Assembly (NCBI GenBank): GCA_963663405.2
Contig: CAXXSM010000088.1
Span: 1 to 64,000, forward strand
Source: a bacterium
GTDB taxonomy: Bacteria; Hinthialibacterota; Hinthialibacteria; Hinthialibacterales; Hinthialibacteraceae
Length of the DNA stretch: 64,000 nt
Direction: 5' to 3'
Part shown: positions 11,001 to 22,078 of the stretch, piece by piece
Numbering within the stretch: position 1 is the stretch's first letter
Layout: the number at the start of each line of letters is the position of its first letter
Translations under genes and position numbers: made by a program
Notes under the pieces: generated by a model
Databases searched by the model: none
Told to the model about the DNA's origin: nothing
The model's input: the letters and a program-made list of their open reading frames with translations, nothing else

Positions 11001-11514
11001 TCGCTCCGAATCCACCATAAGGAACCGGTAGGCGTTCCGGCATACCTCCATCCGGAGAAATAGTAAATAACTGCGTCTGCCGTCCTAGGCCGGCCAATCC
11101 ACTCATAGCGATCACGATCTTTCCATCCACCGTCCAACCGCATAAACGTTCCGTGTATGGATGATACGTCAATCGTTTGGGAATACCACCTTTTACCGGC
11201 AATGTGTATATATCTGTGCCACCGTCATAATTCCCCATAAACGCAATCGTTTTTCCGTCAGGACTGAAACAGGGAAACAATTCCGCCCCTGGAGGGCTGG
11301 CCAAAGGCGAGGCGATCCCTCCTTCGCGGGGAACGAGCCAGATATCATTCGCATAGACAAAGGCGATAGATTCAGCGCTTAGACCTGGATACCGGAGCAT
11401 GCCTGGATGAGGGCTTATACTTTCCTCTTCAGATGCGGACAGAGGGATTCCTGAGACAAGGAATACGATTTGGGTGAGTCCTATTAGAAATAGGATTTTA
11501 GAATTTATTTTCAT
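8038..11514 (-). CDS. Tricorn protease homolog (peptidase S41), paralog A, with a Cys-rich insert
   Basis: Signal peptide, PD40 beta-propeller repeats (FSPDGKTIAF), PDZ-like region, IIDERWNGGG, GSGGDLFP, IGTRTWGG. SD AGGAG supports ATG 11514. Confidence 0.93.
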   Translation of the reverse strand: MKINSKILFLIGLTQIVFLVSGIPLSASEEESISPHPGMLRYPGLSAESIAFVYANDIWLVPREGGIASPLASPPGAELFPCFSPDGKTIAFMGNYDGGTDIYTLPVKGGIPKRLTYHPYTERLCGWTVDGKIVIAMSGLAGLGRQTQLFTISPDGGMPERLPVPYGGFGAIGPDNEWLAYTPYDRDFRTWKRYRGGLASDIWLFHLKEHTSKKITDWEGTDTIPMWHDKTVYYLSDAGPNHRLNIWSYNTLTGQRQSLTEYKDYDVKWPSIGPGANGEGEIVFQQGAALKLLNLITGKIRDVEITIPGARPSLRPQRKDVNRNMGNWFVSPTGKRALVEARGDIWSLPAKDGSPRNLTQTSGAAERYPTWSPDGHWIACFSDESGEYELYIRSADNREKPRKLTELGKGYRFTPSWSPDSKKLVFQDSEDAFYIHDIDKEETKFVDKNTMLGGIPSFNFSWSHDSSWLAYTKRTDSVIAAIWLYNVKEEKSHQVTSGMFNDREPTFDRKGDYLFFVSQRSYNSPQYDDMGYNFIYENSDVLHAVPLRKDVSNPYQTKSDEETWKEEQDKEKSKEEKDDKKECSDEVESATCEVCESVESATCECCKSATCEITGATCAAVVSATVTCATGEKKLEKEEKKPLVIDLENFEYRAFRLPVGRGSLSNLMVNDKGHLIYVRDDDSRSLKIFDLKDDEKKENTVIDNVGFAMITADGKQLLVSSGGGYSIIKAAASQKIEDRIPTSPMQTMIEPREEWKQIFTDAWRIERDFFFDPNIHGVDWPAVREQYEKMLVDCVNREDVGYIIGEMIGEMNSSHTYYGGGDIEYGPSESVGFMGVDFELDQGFYKIAKRYEGAVWDTDARNLLDALDEKQLEQCQYLFAVNGVPVDTKKDPWAAFLGLSGQTATLTVSASPCVESATDIVIQLQGSESNLRFRSWIEANRAYVDKKTDGKVGYIYVVNTSINGQNDLYRQFYGQMTKEALIIDERWNGGGQMPDRFVQLLNRPVSLHLFKRHEKNWRVPEVSHQGPKCMLINGAAGSGGDLFPFLFKHAKVGKLIGTRTWGGVIGVFGNPRLIDGAYLTAPNITMYENDGTLTMEGHGVDPDIEVIDDPALMVDGGDPQLDAAIKHMLEEIETNPYSPPARPAYPDRSGMGIREEYK

Positions 11515-11541
11515 TGTGGTTTCTCCTGTTTTGATTTCCAT

Positions 11542-11599
11542 GGTGGGCTACGCTTCGCTTAAGGCTCCGGCGCGAGCGCCGGTATTTAGCCCACCCTAC
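11542..11599 (-). repeat. GTAG-type REP-like palindrome
   Basis: Minus strand GTAG-GGTGGGCTA...TAGCCCACC with inner stem CCGGCGC/GCGCCGG, between the two tricorn genes. Confidence 0.6.
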
Positions 11600-11621
11600 A
11601 ATTTGACTTTATTTAATTCCC

Positions 11622-14600
11622 TTATTTATCTTCTTCGCGGATTCCCATGCCGCTGCGGTCGGGATATTTGGGACGCGCGGGGGGGGTGTAGGGATTCGTT
11701 TTGATCTCTTCCAGCATGAGATCGATGGCGGCTTCTAATTGAGGATCACCTCCATTGACCATGAGTGATGGATCGTCGATCACTTCGATGTCGGGATCCA
11801 CTCCGTGGCCCTCGATTCCCCAGGTTCCATCCACGTCGTAATAGGCGAACGAAGGCGCGGTTGTGTATCCGCCATCGATCAAACCTGGATTGCCGGACAT
11901 ACCGACCAAGCCGCCCCAGGTACGCATACCGACGAGTTTTCCGAGTTTGGCGTGCCGGAAAAGCGCGGGGAACATATCGCCGCCCGATCCAGCAAGCCCA
12001 TTAATCAACATGCACTTGGGACCGAAATGCGCCAGTGTCGGCCAGGGGATGCTTTCTCCATCCCGGATCGCCCAGTAGTTGGAAATGGGACGATTGAGGA
12101 GTTCAATGAAACGGCTGGGGCCTTGGCCACCACCGTTCCAGCGTTCATCGATGATTAACGCATCCTTTTCGAGTTGACCGGTGAACTGCCGAAATAGATC
12201 GTTTTGGCCGTTCGTGGAAGTGTTTGTCACATAAATATAGCCGACTTTCCCCCCTGATTTCTTTTCTACATACGCCCGATTTTTCTCGATCCAGGCCCGG
12301 AAACGTAAATTATATTCATTGCCGAGAAGCCGGATAACGACATCACGGGCGCCGTCTCCACATTCCGGTTTATCGCTGACGGTGAGCACGACCGTCTGAT
12401 TTGCGAGACCAATGAACGCGGACCAGGGATCTTTGGATGTATCGATGGGAACCCCGTTCACCGCATGAATGTAATCACCTTCATCCAGTTCCTCTTTCGG
12501 AATACGGTTGAAGGGACTGCGGGCGTCGGCGTCCCAGACCGCGCCCTGGTAGATTTTCGCGATACGGTACGCGCCTTCATGCAGTTCGAAATCCACGCCT
12601 AACATGCCCACCGATTCGCTGGGTTGGCTTTCCTCGTCTCCTCCATAATAGTAGGTGTGACCGACGTTGATTTCGGAGATTAGTTCCCGGATCACATAAC
12701 TGAGATCTTCACGGGACGCGCAGTCTTCGACCATCTCCGCATAATGCTTGCGAACGGCATCCCAATCGACGCCATGCATATTGGGATCGTAGAAGAAGTC
12801 CCGTTGAATCCGCCATGCTTCCGTGAAAATTTGCCGCCACTCTTCTTTAGGATTGATAGTCGTCATGAGCCCCGACACGGAGATCCTGTCTTCGACTTTC
12901 TGACCGGCCGCGGCATTGATAATGGCGAAACCATTTCCTTCCCTGACCAGCAGTTTTTTGCCATCAGCAGAGATTTGGAAACTGCCTTTATCCGCGATGA
13001 CAGTTTTTTCTTCTTTCTTTTCATCGTTGAGATCAAAGATTTTGATTTCGGTTTTGCCGCCGGCTTGACGCGACGGTCTTCGGACGTAGATCAGATTTCC
13101 TTTATCATTGACAGCCAACGAGCCAAAGGCGCCATGATCGACGGGCACTAAAAACGCTCGCTGTTCAAAACCTTCAAGATCAATTTCAAGGGGCTTTTCC
13201 TCTTCTTTATCTTCTTTTTTACTGGATTCATCCTTAGAATCCTTCTCGTCCTTTTTCTCTTCTTGATCTTTAGATTCTTTTTCCGACTTGTCAGATTTTT
13301 CGGTATCTTCCCCGTCTTTTTTAACCTTTTCTTCTTTCTTCCATTCTTCTTCATCGCTTTTATAGAGGTAGGGATCTTTTACATCGTTGCGAAGGGGGAC
13401 GGCGAGTAATACTTCGGTGTCCGTATACACAAAAGAACGTCCTAATCCCCAACCCGCGTTTTCATAGACCGGTGAATTGAAATAACGGGCGCTAGTAAAG
13501 TAGAGAAAATCCCCCTTCCGATCGAAAGTGGGAGTATAATCATCGAACATTGGACTCGTCACTTGTGTTGATTCTTCTTTCTCTAAGTTATAGAGCCAAA
13601 TCGAAGACTGCCATTTCAGATCGGATTTCGAATAGGTGATCCATGATGAGTCGTGGGACCAAGAGACTTGGAAGGAGAAACCACCTAATGGGAACGGTTC
13701 TTTGTCGATGAACTTGGATTCTTTTGTTTCTATCGTATGAATGTACAGTGAACCGTCTTTACTTGTAAACGCGATGCGTTTCGAATCGGGCGACCAGATG
13801 GGATCGAAGCGGAACGCTTTCCCACCAGAGGTTAGCTGACGGAGATCACCTTTGCCGTCGGATTGCTGCAGCACCAATTCATATTCACCCGTTCGATCGG
13901 TGAAGTAAGCGATCCATCGTCCATCAGGGCTCCAAGAAGGATCTCGTTCCGCCGATCCACTGGTTCGAGTCAGATTGCGTTTCGAACCTTCTTTGGCGGG
14001 AAGGCTCCAAATATCTCCCCGCGCTTCGATAAGCATGCGCTTACCTGTGGGGGAGATTTTCATATTCGATAAATTCCGGCTTGCATCTACGCGCTTGGGA
14101 CGGATTTTCGGACGCGCGCCAGGGATCATTACCATCACTGGACGCGCTCGGTCCGTGGAGAGATTGAGTAGATAGAGATTCGTTCCGTTTTGGAAAACAA
14201 TCTCCCCTTCCCCATTCGCGCCGGGTCCGGCGGATGGGAACTTGCAATCGAATTCTTTGAATTCGGTGACTTGGCGTCTCTCTTTACTCACGGTGTCGTA
14301 CGCCCAAATATTCAACCGGTGATTCGGTCCTTCATCGGAGAGGTAATACAGCCGGTTGCCGTACCACATGGGATAGGTGTCAGTGCCATCGAAATCCGTA
14401 ATTTTTTCGGATTGATAGGTCGATAGATTGAAAAGCCAGATATCCGTCGCCATGCCTCCACGATAGCGTTTCCATGTGCGGAAATCTCGGCTGTGGGGCG
14501 TGTAGGCGAGCCATTCACCGCTGGCGTTGATGGCGCCATTCGCGCCATAGGGAACGGGCAGTTTTTCCGGGAAACCTCCTTTGGGAGAGATCGTAAAGAG

Positions 14601-15056
14601 ATGCGTTTGACGGCCCAATCCCATGACTCCTCCCGCGTAATAGAGAAGTTTGTTTTGCGGGGTCCAATCGCATAGCGTTTCGTTGGCGGGATGATGGGTG
14701 AGCCGCATGGGAACTCCACCCTTTGTTGGGAGAATGTATATATCCCGATTCCCGTCGTAATTGCCGATAAACGCGATCGATTCGCCATCAGGACTGAAGC
14801 GGGGAAAGAGTTCTTCTCCCGGCGGACTGGCGAGTGGAGAAGCGATCCCCCCTTCGCGGGAAACCAGCCATAAATCGTTGGCGTACATAAATACAATTTG
14901 ACGAGAACTGACATCGGGGTATCGAAGCATGCCCGCATGGGGACGCGTCAGACTGGATTCGCCGCCCTCTCCGGCTTCGATACCTAAAACCGCGAGTAAT
15001 GATACTGCTACGATCATCAATCCGAACATCCATCGCCCTTCAATGATCCTCATCAT
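11622..15056 (-). CDS. Tricorn protease homolog (peptidase S41), paralog B
   Basis: Same architecture as paralog A; GSGGDMFP, VGMRTWGG; K/E-rich linker. Confidence 0.93.
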   Translation of the reverse strand: MMRIIEGRWMFGLMIVAVSLLAVLGIEAGEGGESSLTRPHAGMLRYPDVSSRQIVFMYANDLWLVSREGGIASPLASPPGEELFPRFSPDGESIAFIGNYDGNRDIYILPTKGGVPMRLTHHPANETLCDWTPQNKLLYYAGGVMGLGRQTHLFTISPKGGFPEKLPVPYGANGAINASGEWLAYTPHSRDFRTWKRYRGGMATDIWLFNLSTYQSEKITDFDGTDTYPMWYGNRLYYLSDEGPNHRLNIWAYDTVSKERRQVTEFKEFDCKFPSAGPGANGEGEIVFQNGTNLYLLNLSTDRARPVMVMIPGARPKIRPKRVDASRNLSNMKISPTGKRMLIEARGDIWSLPAKEGSKRNLTRTSGSAERDPSWSPDGRWIAYFTDRTGEYELVLQQSDGKGDLRQLTSGGKAFRFDPIWSPDSKRIAFTSKDGSLYIHTIETKESKFIDKEPFPLGGFSFQVSWSHDSSWITYSKSDLKWQSSIWLYNLEKEESTQVTSPMFDDYTPTFDRKGDFLYFTSARYFNSPVYENAGWGLGRSFVYTDTEVLLAVPLRNDVKDPYLYKSDEEEWKKEEKVKKDGEDTEKSDKSEKESKDQEEKKDEKDSKDESSKKEDKEEEKPLEIDLEGFEQRAFLVPVDHGAFGSLAVNDKGNLIYVRRPSRQAGGKTEIKIFDLNDEKKEEKTVIADKGSFQISADGKKLLVREGNGFAIINAAAGQKVEDRISVSGLMTTINPKEEWRQIFTEAWRIQRDFFYDPNMHGVDWDAVRKHYAEMVEDCASREDLSYVIRELISEINVGHTYYYGGDEESQPSESVGMLGVDFELHEGAYRIAKIYQGAVWDADARSPFNRIPKEELDEGDYIHAVNGVPIDTSKDPWSAFIGLANQTVVLTVSDKPECGDGARDVVIRLLGNEYNLRFRAWIEKNRAYVEKKSGGKVGYIYVTNTSTNGQNDLFRQFTGQLEKDALIIDERWNGGGQGPSRFIELLNRPISNYWAIRDGESIPWPTLAHFGPKCMLINGLAGSGGDMFPALFRHAKLGKLVGMRTWGGLVGMSGNPGLIDGGYTTAPSFAYYDVDGTWGIEGHGVDPDIEVIDDPSLMVNGGDPQLEAAIDLMLEEIKTNPYTPPARPKYPDRSGMGIREEDK

Positions 15057-15256
15057 ACTCTCCTTCCTATCTTTATAAACAGTGAGTTAAAATGGTGGGT
15101 GAACATTCCCCTCCTATTACTAATTACGATCAATAATAAAAAAGTTTCAAATTATTTCATTGTCTTGTATTTTTTATATGTTGTATAGTGAGAGCCAGTC
15201 AATTCCGGGTAGGATTGAATCAAGCATCGATTCGTCGATTCTTTGCATTCAATTTA

Positions 15257-15664
15257 TCAATGAGGAAAATCCTTGACGTATTTTTGGATCCATTCGATCG
15301 CGGCTTCTTCACTGGTGAGTTCGCGCCCCTCATTTTCCAACATGTCTTTCTTGTACTTTTCTATATGACAAACCTCTTCAACTATACGAAGCCGGGTACC
15401 GGTTTTCACATCCGAAAATTCGACGGCCACATCGTAATGGCTGTTGGTTTTATGGTTCCATACGACAATCCCCACCGCTTCAAACATAGGATCGCGTATT
15501 GGGATCTGTATCAAGATCGATGAGCCGGGTTCGATCGGCGCGTTCGCGCTAAAGCAGAGTCCCCCCTGGCTGATATTTTTTAGATACTCCTTTTCATGAG
15601 CGACAACGTCCGCGAGAGTATAGTGAATTGGTACATTCGAAGGATGGCGGATATATTTTCTCAT
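15257..15664 (-). CDS. PilZ domain protein
   Basis: RKYIRHP (RxxxR) and NISQGG (N/DxSxxG) c-di-GMP-binding motifs. Confidence 0.85.
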   Translation of the reverse strand: MRKYIRHPSNVPIHYTLADVVAHEKEYLKNISQGGLCFSANAPIEPGSSILIQIPIRDPMFEAVGIVVWNHKTNSHYDVAVEFSDVKTGTRLRIVEEVCHIEKYKKDMLENEGRELTSEEAAIEWIQKYVKDFPH

Positions 15665-15845
15665 AGTCGCATACCTCCAATCCTATAATTCCCAGCGAGA
15701 ATCGTTATACGAACAATATCGACTATGCTCAACTTAGCAAAATTCCACTAGGATTGTCAACCTGAAAAATGGAATAAAAAATGGGGATTGATACGTTGGT
15801 AAGATTCGGTTATATAGGTTGTACAGGGCCGGAGAAATCGATTAT

Positions 15846-16610
15846 CTATAGTTCCTGGCGGGTGGGACGGAACAGGATCTCGTTTACATCCATATCCTCC
15901 GGCTGACTGATGGCGAAGGCGACTGTTCGCGCGAAAGAATCGGCTGGAATCGCAATCTCTTCAACAAATTTACGGAGGTTCTCTGCAATGTCAGGCTCGG
16001 TGATGCTGTTGATCAGCTCGGTGGCAACCGCGCCCGGTGAAATTATCGTCGTTCGGATGTTGTAAGGCTTTACTTCCTGACGCAGCCCTTCAGAGAGAGC
16101 TCTCACGGCATGTTTAGTCGCCGAATAGACCGCAAAGTTAGGCCTGACTATATGGCCAGCGACCGAGGAGACATTGATAATATGCCCGGATTTCTGCTGC
16201 TTCATGTACGGCAACACTGCAGCGATGCCGTATAGCACGCCTTTGATATTCACGTCAATCATTTGATCCCACTCGCCGATCTTAAGGCGCTCGAGTGGCG
16301 ATTGCGGCATCAGCCCGGCGTTGTTGATTATAACATCAATACGCCCATAGGTCTGCACAGCTATATCAGCCAATTTTTTTACCTGACCGCAATCGGTGAC
16401 GTCCGTAGCGACAGCGATCGCTTTCCCGCCGTTTCCATTCAACTCGTCCGCCAATGACTCAAGACGATCGATGCGCCGCGCGCCCAGCGCAAGGCTTGCG
16501 CCCTGCGCGGAAAGCAGCCGGGCCGACGCCTCACCCAGTCCACTGCTCGCGCCCGTAATCACAATGACTTTTCCTTTAATGTTGTCGCTCATAATATTTC
16601 CTCTCTTCAT
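15846..16610 (-). CDS. SDR family oxidoreductase
   Basis: [18 protein letters not shown] motifs. Confidence 0.92.
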   Translation of the reverse strand: MKRGNIMSDNIKGKVIVITGASSGLGEASARLLSAQGASLALGARRIDRLESLADELNGNGGKAIAVATDVTDCGQVKKLADIAVQTYGRIDVIINNAGLMPQSPLERLKIGEWDQMIDVNIKGVLYGIAAVLPYMKQQKSGHIINVSSVAGHIVRPNFAVYSATKHAVRALSEGLRQEVKPYNIRTTIISPGAVATELINSITEPDIAENLRKFVEEIAIPADSFARTVAFAISQPEDMDVNEILFRPTRQEL

Positions 16611-16686
16611 TTATTGTTGATCTGCAAGTGATTCAATCCTGAGGCCATGATGGACCATCCAGCATAAAAGGCAATCATCCGGCCAA

Positions 16687-16758
16687 TCAGCGGTTAGTCA
16701 TTTTCTCCAAGTGTTCGGGATATCGCGCCCCTTGTATTGTGATCTTTGAAGCGGCGCT
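16687..16758 (-). pseudogene. 3' remnant of an aldo/keto reductase gene
   Basis: [23 protein letters not shown] resembles a common AKR C-terminus; an in-frame stop lies immediately upstream and no gene body is visible. Confidence 0.55.
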
Positions 16759-17035
16759 TCAATCCGGCTACGAGAGTCTTTCACAGTTCAGCCGTGAGTA
16801 TAGCCGCCTGTTCGGCGCGCCTCCGTTGCGTGATATCACAAATTTACGTCAAATTACTACAGATGAGATCGTGTAACCAGCATTCCCCATTCTGATGACC
16901 AGGCTCTACACATTCACCGCTAAGGCATTTATGTATACGGGGATTGCTCAAGTAAATCTTGACAACAATTCTTGTTTACGCAATATTTTTTACTAACCGC
17001 ATCATTCCATTCAAAATATCTGAGGGGGGCTCGTT

Positions 17036-18755
17036 ATGATATCAACGAAATATAAGTCTTGTATCAAAGCCGACACATTGCGCTTTATTATTCTCAATAT
17101 TTTCATGCTGTCACTTAGTATCAATGTTTTCGCCTTGCCCGATGGTTCCACGATAATACGTGTGGGTGAGATTCGGTTAGGGATGTTGAACAGCGCCGGA
17201 GAAATCGATTATTATGAAATTGACCCATCCTATCCAACACCCATGATGAGCGCCGCTTTATTCGGCCATATCCACACACCTGAAGAACCCGGTTTTCGTT
17301 ATCTTACTTCTCCTGTATTGGTATTAGAACGGCGCAGCATTGGAGACACGTCCGGAAATTGGACCCGTGTTGTGTCCGCGCAATCGCCCGGCTCGCAGAT
17401 TGAGATCGCCCGGATTCAAAATTACCGCTTTGAACCGAATTACCGGTACCGGCTTGGCGCCGGCACGGATTCTTCTCGTGGAGGCCGGTACGCGCTTGTG
17501 GTTGATCCCGCAATGGAAGGCTGTGAGTTTGAAGTGGAGGATCTCGATTTGGGTAAAGACGCGTTTGACCGGCACTATTCGCTTTACACCGCCTATACTG
17601 TCCCGGATCCGAATTCACCTTATGGAGAACGAGTCTATGCGGGCACGGAATATGGTTACATACTCTGCAGCGATGACGACGCTCAAACCTGGCGGCAAAT
17701 CTACCCACCCGATCCTTTCGGCGAGCCGTTGCATGGAACAGTCTTTGGTATATTCGTTGATTCGCAGGGAATTATATACGCCAGTCCTTGGACCTCTGCG
17801 GATCAGGCGCTGAATGAAAATATTCATGGTTTAGTCATTGAAAGCCGGGACGGCGGCGCCACATGGTCGACAGCCATTACGCTCGGAGGCGCGACAGGGG
17901 TCGCTTGGCGATTCGCGGAGGACCGTTTTGGCAATGTATTTGTTGGAGAATACTGCGCTGTGATCAAAGATGAGAACGCTCCCCTTACCCCAGGAAACGT
18001 ATGGCGGCGGCAAAATCATGGCAACGGAGGGGAAGCGTTTGAGGTTGTTTACGCCAATCCGCGAATCAATCCCGATACGATGCTTAATCATACACATTTT
18101 GTCGGCGTTGATCCATACACGGATGAAGTGTACGCCGCCATTGGAGATGGAGCGGTCGGCCGATTCATCCGCTCCCGCAGCCAGGGCGATCCCGGCACAT
18201 GGGAAACATTGGAACGCGGTGTCGACTCGCAATACACCGCAATTGCGTTCACTTCCCCAATATCTTTATTTAGGGACGGATACTGACAAACAATTCAAGA
18301 AAATTGTCCGGTGGGATAAAACAAAGGATTCCGTTGAAGGTAATGAACCGTTCTGGACGACAACAATGATGGAAAATGAACCCGGCGCGCCGATTCCGTG
18401 GGCTGACAAAGGCAATTGGTTTTGGGGGTATTACCTCGATGAGCGAGTCTTGGTCTTTCAATACATGGCGTATGGTCTGCCGATGGAGAATGGGCAAATG
18501 CAGCCACCGCGCATGTACGCCACATGCGATCATGGGGAGACTTGGCACCGGGCCATCACATTTCCTCCGAATCCAATCCGTGAAGTTCTCCGGTTCGGCG
18601 AAAGCGGTCCAAAATTATCGTCAAATGTCAGTCCATCGGGTTGGATCTACGCGACGTGGGGAACCGCGACTCAAGAAATTCACCGCGGCTTCCGTTTTCG
18701 CTTAAAACCACAAAGGAACAGTGGTTTAGATAAAGGTTGGATGGAGATGAAATAA
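17036..18755 (+). CDS. Secreted Asp-box/BNR beta-propeller protein (frameshift near 18258)
   Basis: Signal peptide; SDDDAQTW, SRDGGATW and TCDHGETW Asp-boxes; ORFs 17036 and 17970 join at YTAIAFT..YLYLGTD; ends SGLDKGWMEMK. Confidence 0.75.
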
Positions 18756-18927
18756 ACTGTACTCGTGGATTAAATTCCTCCTAACAAATTACAAGATGAT
18801 TCTCCTTTTTTATTCCTTGAAAAAAATTGTTCGATCCTATTCAATTAAGATTACTTTCTTAATGTATCATAGTTTGGCGTGGATTTTCTTTCAAAAACGG
18901 TTGGCGCTCCAACCAGGGAGAATGGTT

Positions 18928-19479
18928 ATGTACGAACGAGGATTTACACTGATTGAATTGCTGATTGTTGTGGCGATTATCGGGATTCTAGCCGCGATCG
19001 CGGTTCCGAACTTTTTGAACGCGCAGCTGCGGGCAAAGATCGCGCGTGTCGAAGGGGATCTACGGGCTATGAAAACGGCGATTGAAATGTACCGCGCCGA
19101 TCAGAGCGGGTATCCGCCCGCGTGTACACTGGAGCGCGTGGGGGATGTGCAGTTCCGAGCGGGTGAGATCTTCAGTCCGGTCGCCTATGCGAATGTGCCC
19201 GCGATTGATCCTTTTAACACGGAGGAAGGCAGCCGCACGAGCACCTTCGATGATAAAGAATATTTTTATGTCAACCTTGATGAAACCTGCGGCTGGCCGA
19301 TCACGTTGCTCAATTGGACTCTTGATAATGACTTATCCGCGCCCCGTCATGCGCAGTATCTTGTTTCCAGCCAGGGACCGGATAATCTCTCTGAAATCCA
19401 GGATCAGCGAGTGTCGCCGCGATTTGATGTCACGAACGGACTGATCAGTCAGGGAGATATCATCGTTTATGGTCCTTGA
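18928..19479 (+). CDS. Prepilin-type (GspG-like) protein, copy 1
   Basis: RG|FTLIELLIVVAIIGILAAIAVPNFLNAQ N-methylation motif; GPD and TNGLISQGDI near the C-terminus. Confidence 0.88.
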   Translation: MYERGFTLIELLIVVAIIGILAAIAVPNFLNAQLRAKIARVEGDLRAMKTAIEMYRADQSGYPPACTLERVGDVQFRAGEIFSPVAYANVPAIDPFNTEEGSRTSTFDDKEYFYVNLDETCGWPITLLNWTLDNDLSAPRHAQYLVSSQGPDNLSEIQDQRVSPRFDVTNGLISQGDIIVYGP

Positions 19480-19626
19480 ATTCTTTCCGGCGTCAGCCGC
19501 ATTCACTCGGTCTTCAATTCTTACACTACAATATGAAAGCCTTGTTCAAATTTAGGGGAAGGCTAGGCTTTTCTTGCGCGGCAAATCAACCACAAAATAA
19601 CATTTCCGTGGCTTCCTCCGCCACGA

Positions 19627-20560
19627 ATGATAGGAGAAATGACTATGTCCAATCACAAAGACACATTTGGACCGAAGGGTTTATTCGGCTCGTTCGGAGC
19701 GGGAATCGGCGCGCCTTTGGAACTGGCTGTAAATGTTCCTGGGGTAGAATGTTTTCAATTGCACGTCCCGGAGGAGAAGGATCTGACCGCGGACTGGGCC
19801 CGGCGTGTGAAGGAACTAATTGAGCCGAATAACATTCAGATCGCCCGGTTTGTCGTTGGTTATTCGGGGCCGGATGGGGATCAATACGACAATCCACAGC
19901 GGGTAGTGGAGACGGTCGGTTTCGGCGTTCCCGATCACGCGAAACGGCAGGCCCGGTTGGCGCTAACCAAGAGATATATTGAATTTGGACATGAACAATT
20001 GGGCGTCAAGGATTTCAACGCTCATTTAGGACACATCGATCCGGAGAATGAATTTTTCACGCCCATGGTGGAAACGGTGCGTGAAGTGTGCGATCTCGTG
20101 AACACGTGGGGTGGACATTACGATGTGGAAACCGGTCCAGAACGATTTGAAGAACTGAACACGTTCATGAAAGCGGTTGATAGGCCGGATATTTTCCGAG
20201 TCAATCTTGATTTAGCCAACATTGTTCTTTACCACGGCGAATGGGAGCCGATCGGCTTCCTGCGCAAGTTACTCGGCGCTTGGGATCAAAATCGGCGGCG
20301 TCCATCTCAAAGAAGCGATTCCGATAACAGTTCATCCTTCCATGTCACAATGGAACGGCGAAGAAGTTCATCCTGGCAACGGCGTGGTGAATTTCCCCTT
20401 ACTGCTGAAAACACTATTTGAAAGTGGTTACCGGGACGCAATTGTCGTAGAACGTGAAGTGTTGGGAGAGAATGGTCTGCAAAAAGTGCGGGGGATGTCG
20501 GAAACCTTGATCTGGGTATACCGGTTGTGCCGTGATATTGAAGCGGCCTTCGCCGTTTAA
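19627..20560 (+). CDS. Sugar-phosphate isomerase/epimerase, TIM barrel (frameshift near 20275)
   Basis: ETGPE, VNLDLAN, VHLKE, PGNGVVNF and VERE metal-binding motifs across two frames. Confidence 0.75.
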
Positions 20561-20585
20561 ACGTCGACGCCTATTAACTTACTAC

Positions 20586-21870
20586 TCATAGCATTTTCTC
20601 TTCGTTCGAGTCAAAATGATACATTTTTCCATCCCGGTATGAGCGCACAGATAGATCGATTGTTGTCATCACTTTATAAGCCAAGTCTGGATGGCAATTC
20701 GGTTGTTTGCGGCTGCGGACGCAGTCAAAGAAATTGTCTACGTGTTTGTGATCTCCCTTCATCTTCGATGTTGGGGATGATGTATTCTTCCTTCTCCCAC
20801 CGCTTTTTGAATTCATCCTTGAAAGGTTCTTCGGGAACCACCCGCAGGACGCCATAGGATTCCCCTTCCCAGTCGGCTCCACCGTAAAGTGTGGCTTTCT
20901 CACCTCGGATTAATGTGCGGATACCTAGAGCGTTGGCTTGCGAGGAGTGGACATTAAGGGAGTATTCACCGGGATAATCCGCCGCAGTGAGAAAGGTATC
21001 GGGTACTTCGCGTTCATCTTTATGTACCCATATCCCTCCCAGGCCAGCTACCCGTGTGGGATGATCGTTTTTTACGGCCAAGTGGAACGGGGCGACTGTG
21101 TGATAATGCAAGTCAGTCGCGATCCCACCGGAATAATCCCAATATTTCCGGAAGCGAAAAAAACGGTCCGCGTTGAAATCACGTTCAGGGGCAGGACCTA
21201 ACCATTGCTTCCATTCAATACAATTAGCGCCTTTCCCATCAGGTCCTGCGTGTTGATCGACAGGCCAATTCCAATCCCCACCTGGAGCGTTGCGGCTGTA
21301 GGTTCCTTGGCAGATCACAACTTTTCCCCAGCATACCCCGGTCGACAAGTTCTTTCGCCTTATGCCATTTCGTCCATGACAATGCCTGGACACCAATTTG
21401 TAGGATACGATTCAATCGTCTGGCTTGTTGGGTGACCACTTTTGCTTCTTCCCAGTGGAGCGTCATGGGTTTTTCACAGTAGACGTCTTTTCCGGATTTC
21501 ATCGCCGCCAGTGTTATGGGCGCGTGCCAGTGATCGGGTGTGGCGATGAAGACCGCGTCAATATCCTTACGATTGATGAGTTCTTGATGATAGATATATG
21601 TTTTGGAGCCGGGTACGCGTTCGGCGGCCGCTTCAAGACGTTTTTGATAAACATCGCAAAGCGCCACAACTTCAATATCCTCTCTCTCGCTTTGGCGCCT
21701 TTGAACTAGATGGAGAAGATGACTTCCACGTCCACCCAAGCCGATCATCCCACTCGAATCCGATCGTTCGCACCCAGAACTGATGAGGATGCTTGGACTC
21801 TGGTCAGCGCCCCCATTCCCGAAGCGGATGATATTATAAACGACCTTCGTGAAATCGATTTTTTATCCAT
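20586..21870 (-). CDS. Tat-exported Gfo/Idh/MocA oxidoreductase (two frameshifts)
   Basis: MDKKSISRRSF, GANDRIRVGMIGLGGRG, ATPDHWH, YCEKP, WDYSGG across ORFs 21239, 20725 and 20586. Confidence 0.85.
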
Positions 21871-22078
21871 TTTCGTATCCTCTCCTTCGATGGTAAGAGT
21901 TTTCAAAAAAACTTCCGATCAAAATTATATGTTTGCATCATAAGCCCATTTTTAAGTGGTTTGAAGCGGTCGAATGAACAAATGTGGAGGACTGGGAATT
22001 GACTGATAGAGTGGATACAATTCAAATTTGAGATTGATAGATTATTATTGTCTTTCCATCAAACAGGCCGTGATCTCA

